NCBI GenBank assembly: GCA_963806225.1
Contig: CAWDXG010000004.1
Coordinates: 416,001-480,000 of the forward strand
Length of the DNA stretch: 64,000 nucleotides
DNA from: an uncultured delta proteobacterium
GTDB taxonomy: Bacteria; Myxococcota_A; Polyangia; Polyangiales; Polyangiaceae
Direction: 5' to 3'
Position 1 is the first letter of the stretch. Each line of letters starts with the position of its first letter. Positions 20,790-33,675 of the stretch are shown here, in pieces. Below the pieces are notes generated by a model. It ran no database searches, was not told the DNA's origin, and worked only from the letters and a program-made list of their open reading frames with translations. The translations under genes were made by a program, and so were the position numbers.

Positions 20790-23561
20790 ATGCCGAGGGT
20801 ATTCCGAGCAGTTGCCGGGGCTCAGGAGCCTGGTCTTGCCGGCAGCACGCCGGCAGCCCGCCTGCGGCGCGCTCGAGGAGCGGGCTCGCGGCGCCTGGCG
20901 GGGCTCGGCGCCCTGCTCCGGCCCGTGCCGCTGCTGTTGATCGTGGCGTGGCTCGTGCAGCGGGGCGGAACGCTGCCCGCCGCGGCGACAGCCGAGGCAG
21001 ATCCCGCCCGGGCGCTGGCCGATGCTCTCGCGCCCCGGGGACTCCGGACGGTGCCCGGGGACGTGCACTGGGTCGAAGCACCCCGCGGGGCGATCGCGTC
21101 GCGCTTCGCGCGGCCGCGCGCCGTGGTGCGCGCACATCGAGCGGGCGAGCCCTCGGACATCTACGAGGTGGCGACGCGGCGCGCGCCGGACGGACACCTG
21201 CTCGAGATCACGCACATCTACAACCTGACCGACACGTCGGCGGTCGACGAGCACCAGCTGGTGGTGAGCGGCCCGCGCGTGGCGTGGGTGCTAGGCGGCG
21301 CGGGCAGGACCTACAGCGTTCACCTGGCCGATCTGCGCGGCCAGCCGATGCCGACCGGCAACGACTGGACGCGGCTGGCGCAGTGGCAGGAGCGGCTGAC
21401 GAACCTGCAGAACACGGGGAGCCTGCGCGGCGTGCTCCGCCGCCATTTCAAGCTCGACCCCGCGGCGCACCACACGAAGCTCGCGTTCTCGCCGGACGCG
21501 CTGCTGGTCGACGCGGATTCGCGGCGTATCCGCATCCCGACGGAGGGGCACGGCCGCATCCGGGGCAGGCTGTACGTGCGGGAGCAGCGCATCCCGCTCG
21601 CACGGCCCGGCAATCTGGTGACGTGGGCCGTCGATCGCGTGCGCGCCATGCCGTGGTTCGGCAGCGATCGCATGCAGTACCTGAAGGCCGTCGCGTTCGA
21701 CGCGCTCGACTGGCTGCAGCGGATGCAGGGCTCGGTGACGGGCGACGATGGCTCCACGCGCGTGGCCGCACAGATGGGCGGTCTGCTCGACTCACCGGCG
21801 ACGACGTACACGGATCCGGAAACGGGCTGGCCGCCGCCGCCGATGAAACCCATGATCTCGCCGCCGCTACCGGACGAGGGCAAGTGGCGACCGCTCGACA
21901 AGGATCCGTTCATCCGCACGAACCCCCGCGCGCCAGCCCCGTTCGTCACGTCCTTCATCCGCACCGACCACAAGCGGCGCTACACGGAAATCTTCGTGAC
22001 GATGTGGGACCCCCGGCAGGTCTCGCTGCACGAGATGAGCGGAACCGTCGAACCGAAGAGCGCGACCGGCGAGACCGGCCCGGGCGAGGTGCCGCGCAAG
22101 CCAGCCGTGATGGGACGGCTGCTCGGCGCGTTCAACGGCGGCTTCCAGGCGACCCACGGCGAGTTCGGCATGATGGCCAACGGCGTGCTGTACCTGCCGC
22201 CGAAACCGTACGCAGCGACCGTGGCGGAGCTCCGCGACGGCTCCACCGCGTTCGGCACCTGGCCCGACGACGACACCGTTCCGGACGATATTCTCTCGTT
22301 CCGCCAGAACATGACGCCGCTGGTGATGGACGGGGCCATCAATCCGTACAAGCGGAACTGGTGGGGCGGCGTACCACCGGGCTGGACCGACAAGTCGCGC
22401 ACGGTGCGCAGCGGGATCTGCCTGACGAAGGAAGGCTTCGTGGCCTACTTCTACGGCTCGAGCCTGGATGCCGAGCATCTCGCGCTGGCGATGCAGCGCG
22501 CACGCTGCGTGTACGGCATTCACCTGGACATGAACCCCGGGCATACCGGGCTCGAGTTCTACAAGGCGGGGCCCGCAAGCGAACTCGAGCCGCTCGACCG
22601 CAAGCTCGACCCGCAGTGGGAGGCACAGGGCGACGTGCCCCGCATGAAGGGCTGGCGCTTCCGCGCGCGGCGCATGCTCCGCTACATGGGGCTGATGAAC
22701 TTCCCGCGCTATGTCCACCGCGAGGCGCGCGATTTCTTCTACCTCACCCTGCGCCACGTGCTGCCCGGACCAGCCGTCCAGAGCGCATTCCACCCCGCCG
22801 ACCGGGGCGAAGGGATGTGGAAGCTGTCGGGGCTTCCGCAGCATGGCTGGCCGTACGCACTCGCGACCGCCTGGGTGCGACCGGACGCGAGCCGACCCGA
22901 GACCAAGCTGCGGCTGCTGGAGCTGGATCCGGAAACACTGCAGGCCACGAACGGCGGCGATGCCGACAACACCGTGGTCGTGTTCCACCCGGAGCGCGAG
23001 ACCCAGCGGGGCGGACCGAGCGTGTGGCTGGACGGCCGGCACTTCGTGGTGGCAACGACAGCGCCGTCCAGCGCTGCGACCCGGATCGCCGAGGGTCTGC
23101 CCGGCGGCGCGCGTGCGGCTGCGGCGCTCGGCATCGACCGCGACGGGATGCTGCTGTACGCGGAAGTCGCCACGGCGCCGCGCCCCGCCGAGGACGCCGG
23201 CCTGCTGGAACGAGTGCTCGGTTCCCGTGGTGCCAGGCAGGTTGTGCTGCTCGAGCAGCCGCTGGGCGCCGCGCTCGGCGGCGAGCGGGACCTCTCGGGT
23301 CAACCCGTCGCCTCGAACGCCCAGCAGGTGCGATTGGTGCGGCGCAAGACGCCGGGAGCCCGCCGCATCTTCGCGGACACCCCGATCGTGCCCGTGGCGA
23401 CGTGGTACCCGCTCCAGGCCAAACGCATCCGCTATTTCCACAAACCGAAGCCGAAGCCGGCGGCCGGCGACCCGGGCGCTGCCGGCGCTGATCCGGGCTC
23501 GGCGGCGGGTGGAAGCACCGGAACCACGCCGGCGGCGGCGGGCAGCGCGCCGGCCCGTTGA
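20790..23561 (+). CDS. Large membrane-anchored protein with central phosphodiester-glycosidase (NAGPA/DUF2233)-like domain
   Basis: 923-aa ORF with one N-terminal hydrophobic segment; AFNGGF, RSGIC, HLDMN recall NAGPA-family motifs. Confidence 0.65.
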   Translation: MPRVFRAVAGAQEPGLAGSTPAARLRRARGAGSRRLAGLGALLRPVPLLLIVAWLVQRGGTLPAAATAEADPARALADALAPRGLRTVPGDVHWVEAPRGAIASRFARPRAVVRAHRAGEPSDIYEVATRRAPDGHLLEITHIYNLTDTSAVDEHQLVVSGPRVAWVLGGAGRTYSVHLADLRGQPMPTGNDWTRLAQWQERLTNLQNTGSLRGVLRRHFKLDPAAHHTKLAFSPDALLVDADSRRIRIPTEGHGRIRGRLYVREQRIPLARPGNLVTWAVDRVRAMPWFGSDRMQYLKAVAFDALDWLQRMQGSVTGDDGSTRVAAQMGGLLDSPATTYTDPETGWPPPPMKPMISPPLPDEGKWRPLDKDPFIRTNPRAPAPFVTSFIRTDHKRRYTEIFVTMWDPRQVSLHEMSGTVEPKSATGETGPGEVPRKPAVMGRLLGAFNGGFQATHGEFGMMANGVLYLPPKPYAATVAELRDGSTAFGTWPDDDTVPDDILSFRQNMTPLVMDGAINPYKRNWWGGVPPGWTDKSRTVRSGICLTKEGFVAYFYGSSLDAEHLALAMQRARCVYGIHLDMNPGHTGLEFYKAGPASELEPLDRKLDPQWEAQGDVPRMKGWRFRARRMLRYMGLMNFPRYVHREARDFFYLTLRHVLPGPAVQSAFHPADRGEGMWKLSGLPQHGWPYALATAWVRPDASRPETKLRLLELDPETLQATNGGDADNTVVVFHPERETQRGGPSVWLDGRHFVVATTAPSSAATRIAEGLPGGARAAAALGIDRDGMLLYAEVATAPRPAEDAGLLERVLGSRGARQVVLLEQPLGAALGGERDLSGQPVASNAQQVRLVRRKTPGARRIFADTPIVPVATWYPLQAKRIRYFHKPKPKPAAGDPGAAGADPGSAAGGSTGTTPAAAGSAPAR

Positions 23562-23687
23562 CCTCGCCCGGGGCGGGGACTTCAGGAAGTACTTGATCAA
23601 ATCGGCGACCCGATCGCGATTTTCCTGACTGTCGGTGTCGAACTGGTGGCCAGTTATGTGCCAAAGTGTGGACGGGAGAGCCTGTTC

Positions 23688-26457
<2,770 letters not shown>

Positions 26458-26484
26458 TCCAGCCCGGGTCCGGCTCCCCGTGAC

Positions 26485-28671
26485 GTGAGCGACGATCCCG
26501 GAGCCGCGCAAACCGCGGACGCGGTCGCCCCGCAGAACCCGCGGCGGGCGCTGCTCGGCGGCCTCGTCGCGTTGGTGGGTATCGCGGCGTTCGCGGGCGC
26601 CATCGCCGGCCCGTGGATACTCGACGACCACGACCTGATCCAGCTGAACCCCTACATCCACTCGTTCCACTACTGGCGCCACTGGCTGATCAGCGAGATG
26701 TGGGACGTGGGGCCCGACGCGGGCGCAGCGCCGCGGACGCATTACTACCGTCCCCTCGCCACCGCGTCGTACGCCCTGGATTGGGCCATCGGCCATGGCT
26801 CGCCGGTCGTGTTCCACGTCACGAACCTGGTGTGGGAGGCGGCGGCAGGCCTTCTGGCCTTCTTCACACTCGAGCGCTGGTTGAAAAACGCGTGGCTCCC
26901 CGCGCTGCTGGCGGCGCTGGTATTCGTGGTCCACCCGACCAAGGCCGAGAGCGTCGCGTGGATCGCGGGGCGTACGGACGTCATCTGCGCCGTCTGGCTG
27001 TTCGTCGCGTCCCTGGGCGTGGCCCGCCGGCTACGGGGACAACGCGGGGGCCTCGCGCTGGAAATCGGCGGCACGCTGCTCGCCTACCTCACCAAAGAGA
27101 CCGCGATCGTGCTGCCGGCATTCGTCGTCCTCGAGACGTGGGTGGCGCTCGACCGACCGGCGATCGACCGGAGCTTCGTACTGCGCGCACTCAAGAGCGC
27201 GCTGCCGCAGCTCGGTGTCGCCCTCACGTATCTCGCGCTGCGCCAGATCCTGCTGCCGGTCTCCACGGTGCCCACGCACTCGGCACTCTCCACAACCGGC
27301 GACCATCTGCAGCTCGTGCTCGAGACCCTGGGACGGGCGGCAGAGCTCAGCGTATTCCCCCGCCATCTGATGATCCAGCAGGGGCTGGTGCGCGTCGACG
27401 TGACAACGGGGAAGACCGTCCACAGCGCGGGCTACGTCGCGTTGGGCGCCGCCATGCTGGTGACTATCGGTGTCGGCGCCTGGCTGGCGCGCCGCCGCGC
27501 TCCCGGCATCACGCTGGGGTTATCGTTCTTTCTCGTCACCTTCGCGCCCACCGCGAATCTCGTTCCCACACACCTCTACACGATCATCTCCGAGCGGTTC
27601 TTGTACCTGCCCATGCTCGGTCTGGCGCAAGTCGTTGGCGAGCTGGTGCTGCACGCGGCAAAGCGGCGCCGCGCCGTGATTGCCGGTTCTTCCCTCGTCA
27701 TCGCGATATTCGCAGCGCTCTCCTTCCGGCGCGGGCTGGACTACTCGAGCGGAGCACGATTCTGGAAGCACGAAGCTGCCGTCAACCACTGGAGCTACTC
27801 GGCGCTCCTGCACCTCGCCTACCTCGACATCGATCATCACCAGTACGACGCAGCTCTGGGGAAGCTGACGCGGGCACACGCCCTGGCGCATCGCTGGTTT
27901 CCGGATTCGGGCTCCGAGATTTCGCTGATGATGGAGGCCATCGAGGTCCTGGTGCACGTGACACCAGACGCACAGGCGAAAAAGCTCGAGAAGCTGGACC
28001 GTTTCGTGACGGGAGTCCTCCAACCGGGCCAGAAGACGATCGGACTGGACCTGCAGAAACCGACGCTGCGCGCTGAACTGAGTCTCGACAATCCGATCGT
28101 CCAGCGCCTCGTCAAGTCGCTGCGCCCGCGGCTCTTGATCACCCATGCGGACATCCAGAGCCGGATCGGCGACCCGAAAGCCGGCGCACAAGCGGCCGAG
28201 CAGGCCTGGCAGGCCTGCCGCCGTTGCAGCGCAACGGCCCAGACGGCCGCGGTGATACTGGCGCGTGACGGACGCTACGCCGATGCGCGCCGGGTGCTCG
28301 CCAACATCGCCGCGCTCCAGGAAGCGTCCCACTCCCAGGCCACCAGAGCGCGCATCGAGCGCGCGTATCGCTGGCATCTCCGGGCGGCGGCACCCGGCCC
28401 GGTCGGGATCCTGGCGCGGGCGCGGGAGCTGTCGACGCTGGGAGCGTACGGACGGGCGTTTGCACTCCTGTCGCCGCATGAAGACGCGATTCGCAACGTG
28501 CCCACCATGCTGATGGGCTACGCGGAGCTTGCCTGGCGCGCCGGCCACCCCGACGTGGCGCGACGCGTCCTGGCCAAGCGGGTGGACGCCCGGGAGCTCC
28601 AGCGCCTGACGAAGCGCTGGTCGCAGCGCATGGGCTGGGTCCCTTCGCGCCGGTACCAGCGCGCGCGCTAG
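26485..28671 (+). CDS. TMTC-like GT-C membrane glycosyltransferase with C-terminal TPR region
   Basis: WILDD, YYRPL, FHVTNL, F.VHP..AESVAWI.GR.D, TKETAI, ERFLYLP, multiple TM helices, helical C-terminus. Confidence 0.8.
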   Translation: MSDDPGAAQTADAVAPQNPRRALLGGLVALVGIAAFAGAIAGPWILDDHDLIQLNPYIHSFHYWRHWLISEMWDVGPDAGAAPRTHYYRPLATASYALDWAIGHGSPVVFHVTNLVWEAAAGLLAFFTLERWLKNAWLPALLAALVFVVHPTKAESVAWIAGRTDVICAVWLFVASLGVARRLRGQRGGLALEIGGTLLAYLTKETAIVLPAFVVLETWVALDRPAIDRSFVLRALKSALPQLGVALTYLALRQILLPVSTVPTHSALSTTGDHLQLVLETLGRAAELSVFPRHLMIQQGLVRVDVTTGKTVHSAGYVALGAAMLVTIGVGAWLARRRAPGITLGLSFFLVTFAPTANLVPTHLYTIISERFLYLPMLGLAQVVGELVLHAAKRRRAVIAGSSLVIAIFAALSFRRGLDYSSGARFWKHEAAVNHWSYSALLHLAYLDIDHHQYDAALGKLTRAHALAHRWFPDSGSEISLMMEAIEVLVHVTPDAQAKKLEKLDRFVTGVLQPGQKTIGLDLQKPTLRAELSLDNPIVQRLVKSLRPRLLITHADIQSRIGDPKAGAQAAEQAWQACRRCSATAQTAAVILARDGRYADARRVLANIAALQEASHSQATRARIERAYRWHLRAAAPGPVGILARARELSTLGAYGRAFALLSPHEDAIRNVPTMLMGYAELAWRAGHPDVARRVLAKRVDARELQRLTKRWSQRMGWVPSRRYQRAR

Positions 28672-28675
28672 CCTT

Positions 28676-29596
28676 TCAATACCTGCTGTCCGATGCCGCC
28701 GCCCAGGCGCGCCAGGTCGTCGCGCACTCCTGCTTCCCCGCTCGCGCGAGACCGGCGCAGCTTGCCGCCTCGAAATGCGGGCCCAGCACCAGCAGCATGT
28801 CCTTGTGCACGAACCCGAGATCGGCATGCCAGGCCTTGTGGAAACGCTGGAGCCGCGCTTCCGCCTTGCTCTGCACCTGCTCGCCGATTGCCCGCTTCAG
28901 GTACCCGAGCGCCAGCTTGCGGATCTGTTCGTCGTCGGCCACCGCCAGTACCCGCTCGAGGAACTCGATCGTCGCCTGGCGCGCTCCCTGCCGGGACAGA
29001 ATCGCGGCAGCCGTGATGCAGTGGTACGGCAGGTTCTCGTTCTTGCCGATCAGCTCGCAGGCGTGCGCCAGGCGTCGTGCGCCGGCGCGCCGCCACGCGA
29101 CCCGCACCTTCGCGGGCAGGTGCGGGGGCGCCAGGTAGGCCAGAAACTGCCCAGCGCTCGTCCACAGCTCCGCGTCGTAGGGCAACTCCCGCATCCCGCG
29201 CTCGAGGATCTGGCGCGCCTTCTTGTAGTCGCGATAGCGGGCCGGCTTCGGCTGCAGAGTGAGCAGTGTGTCGGCGAAGCGGTACGGCGTCTCGAAGCGC
29301 GGGTCCAGCGCATTGATCGTGTCCAGGTAGTTGCCGACGTACTCGAAGCGGCGCTTCTCCTGGAAGTGCAGACCGTACGAGACGAGGACGTGCGCGTAGA
29401 TCAGGTCCGCAAGCGCCGAACGATAGCCCAGGCTGAGCGCTACCGTCTGCTCCGCAGAGGGCAAAGTGTAGACGTCGCTTCGCGCCTTGACCGAGTGGAA
29501 GCGCGCCGCCAGCGGCTCGCGCAGCCACGCGACACCCACTGCTCCCAGCGCCAGCAGCACCAGGCTGACGAGGGTTGAAGCGCTATTCGACCTCAC
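28676..29596 (-). CDS. Pilin-locus accessory TPR-like protein (PilG/XapA-like)
   Basis: N-terminal TM, SLGYRSALADLIY, LDPRF..PY, A..ILERG...LP; lies directly downstream of the pilin genes. Confidence 0.65.
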   Translation of the reverse strand: MRSNSASTLVSLVLLALGAVGVAWLREPLAARFHSVKARSDVYTLPSAEQTVALSLGYRSALADLIYAHVLVSYGLHFQEKRRFEYVGNYLDTINALDPRFETPYRFADTLLTLQPKPARYRDYKKARQILERGMRELPYDAELWTSAGQFLAYLAPPHLPAKVRVAWRRAGARRLAHACELIGKNENLPYHCITAAAILSRQGARQATIEFLERVLAVADDEQIRKLALGYLKRAIGEQVQSKAEARLQRFHKAWHADLGFVHKDMLLVLGPHFEAASCAGLARAGKQECATTWRAWAAASDSRY

Positions 29597-30068
29597 GATA
29601 CATGTCCAACGGCGAGGTCGTCGGCTCCGAACCGTCCTTGGACCTGCCGGAGATCTCGAACGTGCTGAGCACGCCGTCACCATCCAGATCCCCGTGGGCC
29701 ACCGCGCGGAAGCTGGCGCTGCCCGGCGCGTCGTGGCTCTCGAAGGCGAAGCTGTAGCTGTGCGGCAGCTTGAAGCCGAAGTCGAGCAGCCGCCAGGTGG
29801 GCTTGTTCCAGGTGCCTGGCGGGTCCTTCACCCTCTCGCCCCGCGGAACGGCCGCCGGCGTGAGACCCACGCTCTGGGGGTAGGCCTTCTCCGCAGCGCG
29901 CCCCGCCGCGAGGACCGTCGCGCGGGTGGCGATGCGGTTCAATCCGTCCATCGGCTCGACCAGCCGCGAAGCGTGCAGGTTCCTCACGAAGGCGGGCAGC
30001 GCCGTCGCGAGCAGCGAGCCTGCGATGGCGACCACCGCAGCCGCTTCGACCGGAGTCAGGGAACGCAC
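29583..30068 (-). CDS. Pilin-like protein with degenerate class III signal peptide
   Basis: MRS|LTPVEAAAVVAIAGSLLATALPAF; C-terminal AHGDLDGDGVLSTFE almost identical to the major pilin. Confidence 0.8.
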   Translation of the reverse strand: MRSLTPVEAAAVVAIAGSLLATALPAFVRNLHASRLVEPMDGLNRIATRATVLAAGRAAEKAYPQSVGLTPAAVPRGERVKDPPGTWNKPTWRLLDFGFKLPHSYSFAFESHDAPGSASFRAVAHGDLDGDGVLSTFEISGRSKDGSEPTTSPLDMYREVE

Positions 30069-30082
30069 GGCCGGAGCGTAGA

Positions 30083-32098
30083 TCAACGGCGCTTTTCGTG
30101 CACGCGCCGGAACAGGAGCACACTCGTCGGCTCCCCCGGGGGCGCCGTGTCGCCGGGCGGCCGGACGAGCTCGTAGTGCGCGTCCAGGTGTCGTCGGACC
30201 CGGTCCACGAAACGCGCGTCCCAGCGAGCCCCATGCTCGAACACCGCGCCAACGCTGATCACCGAGTCGTAGACGCGGTCGAAGCGCTCGAACCCGGCCG
30301 CCAGCTCGGGTCGGCCGGCCGCGTACAGCTCGATGGCGGACTGCACGCGGTCGAGCGGAATGTCTCGCCGACCCGCCCGGATCCAGGCCAGGGTGCTCGC
30401 GTAGAGCAGCGTGTGCCGGCCGGCGCGCGTCTCGCCCCGCACCTGTGCTTCCAGCGTGTGCTCGGCGTGTGTCACGCGGGCGCGCAGCGCTGCGGGACAG
30501 GGCGACGCGGGTGCCACGAGCACGAGCGCAACCGCCAATGCCGCAGCCGGCAGCACGACGCGGGATGCCGCGCGCTCGGCCAGCGCCGTCGCCGGAAGCA
30601 GCAACAGGATGCTCCCGGCGATGGATAGCGGCATCAGATCGTTGGCCCGCCCGCCGAGCTTGAGAAACGCCGGCAGCGACGTGATCGCGAAGCCAGCCGC
30701 GAGCGCTGCTATCCGCCTTGCGGCCTCGAACCACGGCCCCGGACCAAGACGCCAGCGACAGATGCCGCACGCCGCTATGGAGACGAGGGCAAGACGCCCG
30801 GCGGGGAGGAATGGAACCTCCAGCAGCCGATGCCAGCGGAGCGGCTGCGCGGCAAACAACCAGATGCTCCAGGCACTGAAGTTCCCCAGAGTGTGATCGA
30901 ACAGCGGGATCACGGAAAGCGCGATCACCGCGCCCAGCCCCAGCCACGCCAGCTCGCGCCAGCGGCGCTCGAGCAGCATGACGAATACGAGGCCCAGACC
31001 GATGCCCGCGCCAGTGAGCTTGAACGCCGTCGCCAGCGCAGGAACGAGCACCAGCGTGAGCACGAAGAGCAGGCGCAAAATGCGCGCTTCGCCAAGCAGC
31101 GCCGCCACCGCGAACGCGAAACAGAGCATCAACGCGTGATCGGGATGCACGTACGGCGCGATGAAGCTCGACAGTGCCGCGGCCAGACACGACACGACCA
31201 GCATCCACCACGATGCGAGGCGGCCAGCGGGTCCGCGCTCGATACGTGACCGGAGCGCCCACACCAGGACCGCCGCGGTTGCCAGCTGCCAGAACAGGGT
31301 TAGACCCCGATTTGCTGCCAGTGAGAGATCGAGCCCGAAGGGCGCGAGCAGCGTGTGATGCAGGAGCTGCAGCAGTGGCGCGTAGGCGTAGGAGTTGACC
31401 TGCTGCATCGGACCGTAGAGCACGTGCCCGGTGCGGAGCTTGAGCAGATCGAGCAGGAAGGGGGGCTCCGACCACGTCATCAGGTCCGACGGCAGCGACG
31501 CGAAGGACACCACCCACACCGCGCGGAGCGCCAGTACCAACGTCGCAAGGGCCACGAGAAGCCACGCCAGCCCGGCGTTCGACCGGCCCGGCTCGCGGGT
31601 CGCGGGGAGCAGCGCCGTCCACGCACCGAGCAGCAGAGCGGGTGCGACGAGAGCGAGCCTCCACGCGTCGGGCCAGCCCAACGCCACGGCGCCCAGGATC
31701 GCGTGGCGGGCGTCGACCCCTCCACCGAGTGCGAGGGCGGACAGCAACAGCGTGGGCACGACCACGCCGACCAGCACAGCCAGGCCCGCGTCACGGCACG
31801 CGCGTGGCTCGATTCCGGACGCGGCCGCGACCAGAGCGAAGGCGAGCAGCACGGAAGCCGACGCAGGCCAGAGCGCCGGTGCGATCACCGACGCCGCCAG
31901 CGCCCACAGGGCCGCGGTGCCCAGAAGGACGCGCCGCGCAGCCAAGCGCGGGCTCGCGAGTGCCGCTGCCACGAGCGCGCCCTGGAGGAGCAACGCCCTG
32001 CCAGGCGCATCCCGAAGCGCTCCGCCTGGCGCGAGCAGCCACGCGACCGCTGGCGCCAGAGCTGCCGCAGCGACGGCTCGCGTCCAGCTCTGTTGCAT
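30083..32098 (-). CDS. Polytopic membrane protein, putative GT-C-type glycosyltransferase
   Basis: Many TM segments; WSEPP, YAYAPL, HPD, AFK.TG motifs resemble GT-C loop motifs; sits inside the pilin cluster. Confidence 0.55.
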   Translation of the reverse strand: MQQSWTRAVAAAALAPAVAWLLAPGGALRDAPGRALLLQGALVAAALASPRLAARRVLLGTAALWALAASVIAPALWPASASVLLAFALVAAASGIEPRACRDAGLAVLVGVVVPTLLLSALALGGGVDARHAILGAVALGWPDAWRLALVAPALLLGAWTALLPATREPGRSNAGLAWLLVALATLVLALRAVWVVSFASLPSDLMTWSEPPFLLDLLKLRTGHVLYGPMQQVNSYAYAPLLQLLHHTLLAPFGLDLSLAANRGLTLFWQLATAAVLVWALRSRIERGPAGRLASWWMLVVSCLAAALSSFIAPYVHPDHALMLCFAFAVAALLGEARILRLLFVLTLVLVPALATAFKLTGAGIGLGLVFVMLLERRWRELAWLGLGAVIALSVIPLFDHTLGNFSAWSIWLFAAQPLRWHRLLEVPFLPAGRLALVSIAACGICRWRLGPGPWFEAARRIAALAAGFAITSLPAFLKLGGRANDLMPLSIAGSILLLLPATALAERAASRVVLPAAALAVALVLVAPASPCPAALRARVTHAEHTLEAQVRGETRAGRHTLLYASTLAWIRAGRRDIPLDRVQSAIELYAAGRPELAAGFERFDRVYDSVISVGAVFEHGARWDARFVDRVRRHLDAHYELVRPPGDTAPPGEPTSVLLFRRVHEKRR

Positions 32099-32104
32099 CC
32101 CTCT

Positions 32105-32157
32105 ACAAAACAGCAAAGCCCCCGCCCGTCCAGTGGGACGGGCCGAGGCCTTGGCTG
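32105..32157 (-). terminator. Rho-independent terminator after the major pilin
   Basis: Stem gcccgtcc/ggacgggc with extended pairing, followed on the minus strand by ctttgctgttttgt. Confidence 0.75.
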
Positions 32158-32176
32158 ACCAGCAACGAAGCGAGAA

Positions 32177-32764
32177 CTACTCTTCCGGACTCGTCGACTG
32201 GATGTTCGGTGCGATGTTCACCACGAGGCCGCCGCTCGAGCCCTTCTGGATCTTGCCGTCAAGCTCGAAGGTCGAGAGGACGCCGTCGCCGTTCAGGTCG
32301 CCATGAGCCAGGGTCTGGAAGGTGTCGTCGGCAGCGCCGTCCGTACCCGTGCTCTTGTAGTCGTACATGTAGTACTGCGGATCGTCCATCGAGAAGTGCA
32401 GACACTGCCAGCCGGCCTGCGCGCTGCCCTGGTTCCACTCGGCCGGCGAGGACTGGTACTTCTTGCCCTGGATGCTGGCCTTGCTGGACGGGATCTTGTT
32501 GGTTGCGGCACCGCAGAGCCTATTGATGACCGCGGTGCTGCCCTTCAGCGGCAACACCGTTCCCGCCATGCCCTCGCGGTTGAAGGCCGAAGAGGCGTCC
32601 TTCGCCATCTGACCCAGCGAGTTGCGCGCCTCTGCCGTCTTCGAGTTGGCGATGTACTTGCGGACGCCGTAGATGGCGAGCGCGGCAAGGACGCCGATGA
32701 TGGCGACCACGATCATCAGCTCCACCAGCGTGAAGCCTCGCTTGAGTGCTCGTCGTGCGTTCAT
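32177..32764 (-). CDS. pilA: Type IV pilin, probable major pilin
   Basis: KRG|FTLVELMIVVAIIGVLAALA class III signal, strong RBS AAAAGGAGA, downstream terminator, two Cys. Confidence 0.85.
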   Translation of the reverse strand: MNARRALKRGFTLVELMIVVAIIGVLAALAIYGVRKYIANSKTAEARNSLGQMAKDASSAFNREGMAGTVLPLKGSTAVINRLCGAATNKIPSSKASIQGKKYQSSPAEWNQGSAQAGWQCLHFSMDDPQYYMYDYKSTGTDGAADDTFQTLAHGDLNGDGVLSTFELDGKIQKGSSGGLVVNIAPNIQSTSPEE

Positions 32765-32887
32765 ATTCTTGTCTCCTTTTCGAACCTTCTGCTGGGTGAA
32801 GCCATGCTGTCGTCGCGGCGGGCCACCCGTGTCCCACTCGCTTCCTGAACCCGTCGCTCCGTGGAACGACCTTGGATTTCGTACTGC

Positions 32888-33436
32888 CTATTCCGACTCG
32901 TTCTCGGAGTAGATCTCGTTCGTGAAGCTGGAGCTCACGAAGATCGACTGGACGCCGTCTCCGTTCACGTCCCCAACGGCCTTGACGACGTACCAGGGGT
33001 CCGTCGTTTTCGGCCAATTGAAGGTGTGCTGTTTCGTGCCCGGGCTGGGCGGCGTCGCCCCAGCTGCTCCGGCAACCACGGCGTAGCCGTACTGAACGGG
33101 GCCGCTCGCCTGCACCCCCAGCTGCATCCACTTGTTGTAGTTCTTGCCGCTGGGGTACCCCCAATTCCGCTTGACCTTTCCCGGCGGATCGTTGGGGTAG
33201 TACGTGTCGAGGTTCGTCGAGACGTCGAGGTACACGTACGTCTCGTCGCGGAACGCTTCCTCCGCGGACTTGATCGAGCCGATCATGTTGGTCGCCTCGC
33301 TCGACTTCGCCGCGAAGATGTACTTGCGCACACCAATCGTCGCGAGCGTCGCCAGGATCCCCACGATCACCACCACCGCCAGCAGCTCGGCGAGAGTGAA
33401 GCCTCTCTGTAGCGATTTGCGGGGGCGGTGGTTCAT
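32888..33436 (-). CDS. Type IV pilin paralogue 2
   Basis: QRG|FTLAELLAVVVIVGIL; ATG 33436. Confidence 0.9.
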   Translation of the reverse strand: MNHRPRKSLQRGFTLAELLAVVVIVGILATLATIGVRKYIFAAKSSEATNMIGSIKSAEEAFRDETYVYLDVSTNLDTYYPNDPPGKVKRNWGYPSGKNYNKWMQLGVQASGPVQYGYAVVAGAAGATPPSPGTKQHTFNWPKTTDPWYVVKAVGDVNGDGVQSIFVSSSFTNEIYSENESE

Positions 33437-33455
33437 CGGACTCGTGGCCAGGGAT

Positions 33456-33471
33456 TGCAGCATCTGTGCCA
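33456..33471 (-). promoter_or_regulatory. Sigma54 -24/-12 promoter for pilin 2 (probably also pilA)
   Basis: TGGCACA-GATG-CTGCA matches TGGCACG-N4-TTGCW spacing, 20 nt upstream of the ATG. Confidence 0.8.
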
Positions 33472-33675
33472 CGGACATTTTCCACGAGATCCGGATCACG
33501 CACCAGATATCGGCCTTCCGTGTCAGCGGGCAGCGACGAAAATCGTCACCCCGACCACCCGCGGTGACGTTGAGCGTCACCCGCGTGTAGCCCCCCTGCC
33601 TACTGCGCCCCACGCGCACCTACATGCGAGCCGCGGCGTGCTGCCGAGCACGCTCCTCCGCCGGACACGCGAGCG

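Noticed and set aside
32788..32806. Third sigma54 promoter directly before pilA (TGGCTTCACCCAGCA)
   Set aside because: GG-to-GC spacing is one base short of the strict -24/-12 requirement
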